Origin: a virus | Reading direction: 5' to 3' (one strand) | Virus record (IMG/VR): IMGVR_UViG_3300045988_014270 | Coordinates: 1 to 29,985 of that record | Length of the DNA: 29,985 nt | Shown: in pieces, positions 24,338 through 29,985 of the stretch | Layout of the letters: each line of letters starts with the position of its first letter | How positions within the stretch are numbered: position 1 is the first letter of the stretch | Notes under the pieces: generated by a model | What the model saw: only the letters and a program-made list of their open reading frames with translations | Told to the model about the DNA's origin: nothing | Databases searched by the model: none | Made by a program: the position numbers and the translations under genes

Positions 24338-24613
24338 ATGAGTATTGATACTGGTGAACCGGTCAAGGATACCGCGATTCCCAACGAGGTGCCGGACGGT
24401 AATGATGATTACGTGCCGACGTTCAACGCCGCGACTCGCAAGTGGGCGTATCTGGTTTCCGGTCTGGTCGGTATCGCCGGTGCGGTGCTGAGTTTCGTGA
24501 GCGCCGTGCCGGACGTGCCGTCTTGGATGGCCGTGATGGGTGGCGCTTGCGCTCTGGTCGGTTCCGGCGTGGCTGGCATGTTCGGCGTCCACTACGCAGG
24601 CATCTCCAAGTGA
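24338..24613 (+). CDS. Holin (two-TM, 91 aa)
   Basis: SD AGGAGG. Two hydrophobic helices (WAYLVSGLVGIAGAVLSFVSAV and WMAVMGGACALVGSGVAGMFGV). Lies directly after the endolysin. Confidence 0.7.
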   Translation: MSIDTGEPVKDTAIPNEVPDGNDDYVPTFNAATRKWAYLVSGLVGIAGAVLSFVSAVPDVPSWMAVMGGACALVGSGVAGMFGVHYAGISK

Positions 24614-24663
24614 TACACTGGTGTTGCTCCTTTCGAGCGATGGTGTGATGACCAATTGAATTA

Positions 24664-24711
24664 GCCCGGCACTGGTCTTGATGACTGGTGTCGGGCTATT
24701 CTTTCTTTTTT
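24664..24711 (+). terminator. Intrinsic terminator at the convergence point of the two arms
   Basis: 14-bp stem GCCCGGCACTGGTC / GACTGGTGTCGGGC (3 G.U pairs in the plus-strand RNA) with loop TTGAT, followed by TATTCTTTCTTTTTT. The HNH stop codon (24710..24712) sits in the T-tract. Confidence 0.8.
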
Positions 24712-25051
24712 AGTTGTTCAAGAGGAAGTCTCGATTTCGGTATTCGCTGAAGACCGGGACGTCTTCCGGGTGGTCGTTGTAGGCGCTGACCAACCATCCC
24801 ATTGCGTATGATTCCTTTGGATGAGCGTGGATACGCCCGTGGCATCCCATTGTTCCCGACCCGCAGACGGTAATCAGGTTGCTGGGTAGGTTCAACCCGT
24901 CCCAAGCGTGGGAGCGCATACGCCTGTGATGCAGGTTGAAAGCGGAGGCGCTTAACGTTTTCCCGCAGATGAAGCATCTGCCGTGGTCTCGGTGGAACAC
25001 CTTCATGCGGGTTTCAGTATCCGGGTCTGTTTTGCTCACTTGGATACTCAT
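24710..25051 (-). CDS. HNH endonuclease
   Basis: CFICGK...NLHHRRMRSH...NLITVCGSGTMGCHGRIH is an HNH/zinc-binding pattern. ATGA coupling with the upstream gene. Confidence 0.85.
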   Translation of the reverse strand: MSIQVSKTDPDTETRMKVFHRDHGRCFICGKTLSASAFNLHHRRMRSHAWDGLNLPSNLITVCGSGTMGCHGRIHAHPKESYAMGWLVSAYNDHPEDVPVFSEYRNRDFLLNN

Positions 25052-25323
25052 TCGCAGTGGAAGAAGTACAAGGTTATCGGTGCGGTTAGTTTGAAGAAAT
25101 ATTGCCTATCGGTGTCTGTCTTGCATTCTCGGATGGCCGTGAGCTTGACGCCATCGACGCTGCTTAGGATGTCGTAGAGTTTGAGGAACGATACGGCGTC
25201 TTTAATGCCGATTTGTCCGAACGTGAGTTCCTGTCCTAGTCCTTGGTTGTCGATGATTTCCTGTGCTTGCGGGGCCTTCTGCAAGAGGTTGATGATCGAG
25301 GTCAGATAGTTGATGGTGTTCAT
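25048..25323 (-). CDS. Hypothetical protein (91 aa)
   Basis: SD AAAGGAG upstream of the ATG at 25323. No motif recognised. Confidence 0.65.
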   Translation of the reverse strand: MNTINYLTSIINLLQKAPQAQEIIDNQGLGQELTFGQIGIKDAVSFLKLYDILSSVDGVKLTAIRECKTDTDRQYFFKLTAPITLYFFHCE

Positions 25324-25370
25324 TGTTGCTCCTTTGGTGTGATGATGATTGGGGTTAATGGTGCAGACTT

Positions 25371-25700
25371 CTAGTCTTTCGCCAGAATGTCATAGCCGAG
25401 TTGTTCGGCCAGTCGCAACCGGTATTGTTTTTGTGGTTTGCGGCGTCCGTTTTCCCACATGGCTATCACGTTTGGGCCTGCGACGCCGATTCGTTCGGCT
25501 AGTTCCGCCTGTGAGTATCCGTGGCGTATCCTCCAGTATTTGATGCACTGGCCGATGGTCACGCTGTCGCTGATGGTCGCGTAGTCAATGGGAATGTTGC
25601 CGACGTTCTGTCGTGTGAAGAACTGGCCGGTCTGACTGTCCTGTTCCACGGTGACTTCTTGACCGTTGATTACGGTTTTGATCTTGTTTTGCTTATGCAT
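25371..25700 (-). CDS. XRE-family HTH regulator (HTH in the C-terminal half), 109 aa
   Basis: IRHGYSQAELAERIGVAGPNVIAMWENGRRKP is HTH_3-like. SD GGGAGGTG. Lies directly downstream of the longest operator palindrome. Confidence 0.8.
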   Translation of the reverse strand: MHKQNKIKTVINGQEVTVEQDSQTGQFFTRQNVGNIPIDYATISDSVTIGQCIKYWRIRHGYSQAELAERIGVAGPNVIAMWENGRRKPQKQYRLRLAEQLGYDILAKD

Positions 25701-25713
25701 GTTTCACCTCCCT

Positions 25714-25757
25714 ACAATGTGATATATATATTATATCACATTGTTTGTGTTTCGCAA
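25714..25757 (-). promoter_or_regulatory. Promoter P4 with perfect 13-5-13 palindromic operator
   Basis: ACAATGTGATATA-TATAT-TATATCACATTGT at 25714..25744. On the minus strand TTGCGA-N16-TATAAT (-35 at 25757..25752, -10 at 25735..25730). Overlaps the stop of gene 25736..26014. Confidence 0.75.
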
Positions 25758-26014
25758 AACAGTTCACTAATGGCTTCGCGCCCGTCGTCGGTCAGAGCGA
25801 ACCGCCAGCAATGACGGTGCCGACTGTTCACACCATCCCGATCGACACGGCACACATGACCGGAACGCTCAAGCTCGATCATGCGCGACCTCAAGCCCTG
25901 CGGAGTGTCGTCATATTTCGCCAAGACCGCCATGCGTTCGATTTCCTCGTGGGTAAGCGGTCGTTTCGCCATCCAAAGGATCAACAGCACATGAACCTGT
26001 TGCAGGCCGAACAT
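25736..26014 (-). CDS. Winged-helix DNA-binding protein (92 aa)
   Basis: VLLILWMAKRPLTHEEIERMAV...LRSRMIELERSGHVCRV is a wHTH (MarR/ArsR/PadR-like) pattern. TAATG coupling with the upstream gene. Confidence 0.65.
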   Translation of the reverse strand: MFGLQQVHVLLILWMAKRPLTHEEIERMAVLAKYDDTPQGLRSRMIELERSGHVCRVDRDGVNSRHRHCWRFALTDDGREAISELFCETQTM

Positions 26015-26379
26015 TACGCCACCGTCGTTTCAGCGGAGTGGCGTAGGAACGCGGCAATACTCGCCGCCACAATCCACCCGGCCACCCATTTGACTCCGAA
26101 ACGTACCCGGTTGATCTTGGCGGCCATCGCCCACACGGGGAGCGACGCCCAAGGGCTAAGACACCAACCGCAATAGGCGAGCTCACCGAGACTATCCGCG
26201 TAATTTTTGGCCCATGTGGGGAGCGAGCTGGGAAGGTTTTCGGTTTTTACGGTTAGCTTGCGGCGGAGCGAGGAAAACACGTAGCCGGGGCCGGGCGAGA
26301 GCTGTACGACGGTGGTCGCGTATCCGGCTGTGATTCCGGCGGAAAGCACGGCAGTCCACCAATTGCCATTAGTTTTCAT
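26014..26379 (-). CDS. Membrane protein (121 aa)
   Basis: SD AGGAAAGGAAAA upstream of the ATG at 26379. About 3 hydrophobic segments. CGWCLSPW motif is reminiscent of DUF1360-type proteins (from memory, unverified). The longer track ORF to 26613 overlaps a better upstream gene. Confidence 0.6.
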   Translation of the reverse strand: MKTNGNWWTAVLSAGITAGYATTVVQLSPGPGYVFSSLRRKLTVKTENLPSSLPTWAKNYADSLGELAYCGWCLSPWASLPVWAMAAKINRVRFGVKWVAGWIVAASIAAFLRHSAETTVA

Positions 26380-26707
26380 CGGTTTTCCTTTCCTCGTGGC
26401 GACGCCAGCAGTGATACCGCTTGTTGTAGTCCGCGTACAGGTCTTCGTATAGTTGTTTCGCCTCGTTGGTGGCTTCGTTGTAATCGTACCCGTGCTGTTG
26501 CAGGGCGTATCGAGCGGCACCGACCCAGATGGAGCGGCGCACGTGTTGATACCAACGGTCGAACAGTTTGCCGCACGCTTTGTCGTGCTTATCGTCTCCG
26601 AGGAAGTCGGCAACGCTTTCCATTACGAATTTTCTCAGACTGTTCGCGGTGATATGGTTACTGTCGAACAGTTCCAGCACATCGCTGGTTAAAGTGTTAT
26701 TCTTCAT
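26369..26707 (-). CDS. Hypothetical protein (112 aa)
   Basis: Strong SD GAGGAGGAA upstream of the ATG at 26707. Protein-like composition. Confidence 0.7.
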   Translation of the reverse strand: MKNNTLTSDVLELFDSNHITANSLRKFVMESVADFLGDDKHDKACGKLFDRWYQHVRRSIWVGAARYALQQHGYDYNEATNEAKQLYEDLYADYNKRYHCWRRHEERKTDEN

Positions 26708-27020
26708 TGGGTTCCTCCTCTTCTTCGGGTTCGTCTTCGTCTGCTAGGTAATCGTCAAGGCTGATGTCCTGCGGCTCGAAGTAAAACAATCCATCCAGCA
26801 AGATCATCGGATAGCGCACGGGTACCCCTTGGTCTTTGGCGATGGCGCGTATACCTCTGGCGGTGGGGCTTCCCGACAGCACGACACGGAGCCTACGACC
26901 CATCTGCTGTGCGTACACGTGGCACGTGCTCAGATAAGCGGCGTCCTTCCGGTTGCACGTGGGGCATCCGTCGAACAGGACGAACATGTCCGGGCTTTCC
27001 AAGATCGTTGCGGTTTTCAT
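26697..27020 (-). CDS. Glutaredoxin/NrdH-like thioredoxin-fold protein with acidic tail (107 aa)
   Basis: FVLFDGCPTC (CxxC after a beta strand) and VPVRYPMILLDG (cis-Pro-like motif). C-terminal EDEPEEEEEPNEE. TGATG coupling. Confidence 0.5.
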   Translation of the reverse strand: MKTATILESPDMFVLFDGCPTCNRKDAAYLSTCHVYAQQMGRRLRVVLSGSPTARGIRAIAKDQGVPVRYPMILLDGLFYFEPQDISLDDYLADEDEPEEEEEPNEE

Positions 27021-27928
27021 CAGAACGTCACCTCCAGAGCGTCGGCCAGCACGTCGGAGATATGGAGCGTGGCCAACTGGCCACGCTTATGCTCTTCGAT
27101 CTGTTTGGTGATGTCCTTGCGGTACACGGGAATGACCTGATGGTGTGCAGGTCCGACCACGCGCGGGTCGAACATCGAGAAATACAGGACTTCCAGCGAA
27201 TCGCACACCACGAAGTATTGGAGTACCTGCGCTTTGTACTGGTCGGGAATGAAATCGAAGCCGGTCGCTTTGGAGTCCAGAGTGTATCCGGGCAACACTT
27301 GTTCGATGGCCTCGACCAGTTCAGGTTTGAGGTTGGCGATATGAGACCTCATGGCGTCCGTGTGCATCATCCACGGTACTACCGTCTGCAAATGGTAGTC
27401 GGAGCCGAGCGACTTGCATTCGATGGCCCACGTCGGCTTCTCAGTGTTCTCGTAAGCGTCTGGACTGCAAGCGATACGGTCGTCGTCGTCACTCTCCCAG
27501 ATACCGCAGTCGGTGACGCAATCACTGGGGTTGAAGCCAAGCGTTTTGAGTGTGGTCTGGATGTTCTCGGGTTCGAGACGGTGGCCGCGTTCCATCGGAG
27601 GTTCGCCGTCCGCTGGTTCGGCCCACAGTTCCGCTAGGAACTTCCAGAAGTCAACGCCGACTTTCAGCCGCTTGTTCTTTGCTTCGGCTTCGATAATCTT
27701 GATGTCATACCCCTGAGCTTTGATGTAATACTCGCTAGACTTGTCGTACGTATTCGCTTTCTTCGCCTGTTCCAACGCCTTGTCTCGGTACTCTTTGAGT
27801 TTTTCCACGTCGGTCTGAGCGTAGTGTTCCAAGGCAAGTCCGCCGCTCTTGGTGCCTGTGATACGACCCACTCGTTCGTCGAGCCATGCTTCCGTTTCGG
27901 TGGCTTGCGATACATTGATGATCTTCAT
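27020..27928 (-). CDS. YqaJ/lambda-exonuclease-like recombination exonuclease (PD-(D/E)XK)
   Basis: EAWLDERVGRITGTKSGG N-terminal motif. ACSPDAY...WAIECKS gives the D...ExK motif. SD AAAGGA upstream of the ATG at 27928. Confidence 0.75.
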   Translation of the reverse strand: MKIINVSQATETEAWLDERVGRITGTKSGGLALEHYAQTDVEKLKEYRDKALEQAKKANTYDKSSEYYIKAQGYDIKIIEAEAKNKRLKVGVDFWKFLAELWAEPADGEPPMERGHRLEPENIQTTLKTLGFNPSDCVTDCGIWESDDDDRIACSPDAYENTEKPTWAIECKSLGSDYHLQTVVPWMMHTDAMRSHIANLKPELVEAIEQVLPGYTLDSKATGFDFIPDQYKAQVLQYFVVCDSLEVLYFSMFDPRVVGPAHHQVIPVYRKDITKQIEEHKRGQLATLHISDVLADALEVTF

Positions 27929-27951
27929 TGATGTTGTCCTTTCGGTTGGGT

Positions 27952-27977
27952 GTGGGCGGGTGACGAGTCCCGCCCAC
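27952..27977 (-). promoter_or_regulatory. Perfect 9-bp GC-rich intercistronic hairpin
   Basis: GTGGGCGGG-N8-CCCGCCCAC between genes 27987..28328 and 27020..27928. There is no U-tract on the minus strand. Confidence 0.5.
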
Positions 27978-27986
27978 AAGTATGTG

Positions 27987-28328
27987 TCATGCGAAGCGGG
28001 GAGCGTACTGCTTGATGATGGTGTTCATTTCGTTGAACAAATCACGCGCTGTGTTCTTGAACAGTGATTCATCGCAATCTACGGTGTCCAGCTTCTCGCT
28101 GTATTCCACGCATCCATCCGTATATATTGGTTCATCTTCCCAGAGCACGGAGAATAGGAAGCAGTGTTCTTCGGGTTGTACCGACACACTGCACTTGAGC
28201 TTGGTGCCAGCAAACTCGATGATTGCTGTGTCATTCGGTACGTATTCGGACGCCCAGTTGATTTCCGTTATCTCGCTGTATTCGCTGAGATAATCGTTGA
28301 TAACGGTGAAGATGTTGGCGTTTTTCAT
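27987..28328 (-). CDS. Hypothetical acidic early protein (113 aa from ATG 28328)
   Basis: SD GAAGGAG 5 nt before ATG 28328; the track start 28346 lacks an SD. About 21 D/E versus 8 K/R by my count. Confidence 0.7.
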   Translation of the reverse strand: MKNANIFTVINDYLSEYSEITEINWASEYVPNDTAIIEFAGTKLKCSVSVQPEEHCFLFSVLWEDEPIYTDGCVEYSEKLDTVDCDESLFKNTARDLFNEMNTIIKQYAPRFA

Positions 28329-28363
28329 TTCGACTCCTTCGGTCATATATCAAGCACCATGCC

Positions 28364-28402
28364 TGATATATATAATATATCACAATGTGGTGGGTTGAGC
28401 AA
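28364..28402 (-). promoter_or_regulatory. Promoter P5 with palindromic operator (TTGCTC-N17-TATATT)
   Basis: TGATATA-TATAA-TATATCA at 28364..28382. -35 at 28402..28397 and -10 at 28379..28374. An extra TATATCA half-site sits at 28346..28352. Confidence 0.7.
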
Positions 28403-28422
28403 CATGGCGTGTATCGGAAAAA

Positions 28423-28680
28423 TCACACACTCCCATTACTGGACTCTATGGCGTCAATCATGTTGATGACGCTGAGCATAACCACAATGGCCCCAATAAG
28501 CACCATGACCAGGGCTGGAAACACGATATTCCACGAACACCCCTGAGCCACGGAACAGACCACGCATCCTCCGAACCCGGCCCCTGACGTGAACAGCCCT
28601 ATCGCCGTGAACATCATGTATCGAATAGCGTTGATTACGCCGAAAGGCCTGTTCTTGCTGTTGTTCTTCTGTTGATTCAT
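28423..28680 (-). CDS. Small membrane protein (85 aa, 2 TM)
   Basis: ATGA coupling. SD TGGAGAA. Two hydrophobic helices. Confidence 0.65.
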   Translation of the reverse strand: MNQQKNNSKNRPFGVINAIRYMMFTAIGLFTSGAGFGGCVVCSVAQGCSWNIVFPALVMVLIGAIVVMLSVINMIDAIESSNGSV

Positions 28681-29171
28681 TTCAGATTCTCCAATTCCTT
28701 TTCGATCTCTTCGCCCATCTTCTCCGACATGGGTCGCGGGTCATCGATATACGCCTTGACGCACTTGCGCATGTGGTCGATGAGTATATGGGCAAAGTTG
28801 ACGTAATCCATGTTCGGAACGCATATGTTCAGATCACCTAGTTCGGTTCCGAATTGGAATATACCCACGATTCTATCGTCGTCATCCCTGTGCAATGGAG
28901 TAGGTTCCATGCTCATGACCAGTGCGCTGCAACCCGGCACTACCATGTCAGTTTGCCCTGATTCAGGGTAGAACTTGTGGATGTACTTGATGATGACCAG
29001 CTGGTCTTTAGCTACTGATTCCGGGATACTGTCCAGCACTTCGCTTGTGACACTGGTCTTGTTTCCGTCAAATGTGTAGTGGTTGATGAACAGCGGTTTG
29101 GCGTTCTCGGTGTCCTTGATGGTGTCGAGGACGATCTGCTGGTTGTCTGCCGCGTACAGTGTGATGTACAT
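28677..29171 (-). CDS. Hypothetical protein (164 aa; alternative start 29189)
   Basis: AAAGGAA upstream of ATG 29171. ATG 29189 lies 2 nt after the erf stop. The longer track ORF to 29282 overlaps erf. Confidence 0.65.
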   Translation of the reverse strand: MYITLYAADNQQIVLDTIKDTENAKPLFINHYTFDGNKTSVTSEVLDSIPESVAKDQLVIIKYIHKFYPESGQTDMVVPGCSALVMSMEPTPLHRDDDDRIVGIFQFGTELGDLNICVPNMDYVNFAHILIDHMRKCVKAYIDDPRPMSEKMGEEIEKELENLK

Positions 29172-29191
29172 TGGTTGTGTTCCTTTCATGT

Positions 29192-29815
29192 TCAGTTGGC
29201 TGAGTTCATCGGATTCTGTAAATCGGTTTCCGTGAGTCCGTCCATCAGATTCCGGAAATCGGTTTGCGTGAGTTCCTTCCATCCCCTGACCTGACGGTTC
29301 AGGGTGCTGTTGATGTACTCGCCGCGCGACTCGGACGGGATATTATGCGCGTTCATCGCCTGGACCAGATCGGCGTACTGGTTGACGCTGATGGTACGAT
29401 CCGCGGTCTCGTATCGTTGTTTGGCATACGCGCCGTCATCGTCCTTGTCCGGGAAGATGCCCAACACCGCGTAGAGACTGTAGCGGCGTGCGTAGGTGAT
29501 CGCGCTACCGACCTGCTGGGGATCGCCGGTCACGAAGAACGGGTAGGAGCAGGCCACCATCTGTTCTGCATCGTCGAAGATGATGGTCTCCACCGTTCCA
29601 ATGACCTGCCTTGCTTCTCCCGTGTTGTCGAACGTGACGCGCTGGCTGAATGCCAGACCGTGCTTCTCGAAAACCGGTTTGATGGTCTTGAGTATCGTGG
29701 CGAGGTTGAGGTACTTGTAAGTCCGGGTGCCTGCCTGCGCGGTTTCGTCGGTCACGAAGTTGGGGACTTCGTTGAGTACCCGCATGAACTTGTTGCTGAG
29801 GTTGTTGGTTGCCAT
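29192..29815 (-). CDS. erf: ERF-family single-strand annealing protein
   Basis: YKYLNLATILKTIKPVFEKHGL... and QQVGSAITYARRYSLYAVLGIFPDKDDDG match ERF signatures. SD AAAGGAA 7 nt before ATG 29815. Confidence 0.85.
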   Translation of the reverse strand: MATNNLSNKFMRVLNEVPNFVTDETAQAGTRTYKYLNLATILKTIKPVFEKHGLAFSQRVTFDNTGEARQVIGTVETIIFDDAEQMVACSYPFFVTGDPQQVGSAITYARRYSLYAVLGIFPDKDDDGAYAKQRYETADRTISVNQYADLVQAMNAHNIPSESRGEYINSTLNRQVRGWKELTQTDFRNLMDGLTETDLQNPMNSAN

Positions 29816-29841
29816 CACAAGGTTCCTTTCTGATAGTGCGA

Positions 29842-29880
29842 TGATATATAAAGTATATCACATGTTGTGGGGTTGGACAA
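29842..29880 (-). promoter_or_regulatory. Promoter P6 with palindromic operator (TTGTCC-N17-TATACT)
   Basis: TGATATA-TAAAG-TATATCA at 29842..29860. -35 at 29880..29875 and -10 at 29857..29852. Confidence 0.7.
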
Positions 29881-29930
29881 TCAGCGACACTTAGAGACAT
29901 GTCCCAGCGCCCTAGTAGGACGTGCTAGGA

Positions 29931-29985
29931 CACTAGGACATGCATTAAGTCAGATCGGCCATGCCTCGCCGTTCGTCAAATACAC
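29931..29985. repeat. Terminal direct repeat copy B (identical to 1..55)
   Basis: See copy A. Confidence 0.95.

Noticed and set aside
23707-24384. 225-aa minus-strand ORF opposite the endolysin LysM region
   Set aside because: It is an Arg/Thr/Gly-rich repetitive translation that simply mirrors the LysM repeats. The plus-strand GH25-LysM reading frame is unambiguous.
26380-26613. N-terminal extension of ORF 26014..26613 (Thr/Ser/Pro-rich, 78 aa)
   Set aside because: It overlaps the well-supported gene 26369..26707, which has a strong SD. The internal ATG 26379 has its own SD and begins the hydrophobic protein.
26909-27637. 242-aa plus-strand ORF opposite the exonuclease gene; also 29264..29833(+) opposite erf and 9057..9614(-) opposite the portal
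   Set aside because: These are shadow ORFs with low-complexity, Arg/Val/Gly-rich composition. The opposite strand carries recognisable family motifs and coupled start/stop junctions.

Overview
The window is a complete, circularly closed dsDNA tailed-phage genome. Bases 1..55 are identical to 29931..29985, so the unique length is about 29,930 bp. It has a siphovirus-type gene set (major tail protein, two tail chaperones, tape measure, no sheath). The host is probably an actinobacterium, because the genome encodes a WhiB-family regulator; host species cannot be determined from sequence alone. GC content looks moderate to high by eye and was not computed.

Plus arm (about 1167..24613):
- Early and replication genes: HTH protein, replisome organizer with in-gene iterons, MerR/excisionase-type HTH, SSB, small SAM-methyltransferase, WhiB, RusA.
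- Packaging and head genes: TerS, TerL, portal fused to a MuF-like domain, a Com-like zinc ribbon, and a prohead protease-scaffold-major capsid fusion.
- Connector genes and tail genes: major tail protein with Ig-like domain, two chaperones, tape measure, Dit, Tal, a fiber with an S74 chaperone domain, and a putative receptor-binding protein.
- Lysis genes: GH25 + 3xLysM endolysin and a holin.

Minus arm (1031 back through the circular junction to 24710):
- ERF annealase, YqaJ-type exonuclease, a glutaredoxin-like protein, membrane proteins, a winged-helix protein, an XRE-HTH protein, an HNH endonuclease and several acidic unknown proteins.

The two arms converge on one terminator near 24664..24711. 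No integrase, tRNA, CRISPR array or transposable element was seen.

Most notable observations:
- A six-member family of consensus-like minus-strand promoters. Four carry the same TGATATA-N5-TATATCA palindrome over the -10 element.
- A back-to-back pair of apparently leaderless promoters that share one palindromic TTGCAA -35 hexamer.
- A perfect 3 x 20-bp tandem repeat that sets the C-terminus of an early gene.
- Both head-assembly accessory functions fused to the portal and to the capsid protein.
- Two tail chaperone ORFs in the same frame, separated only by TAA.

All functional calls come from motif recognition by eye. No database searches were run.
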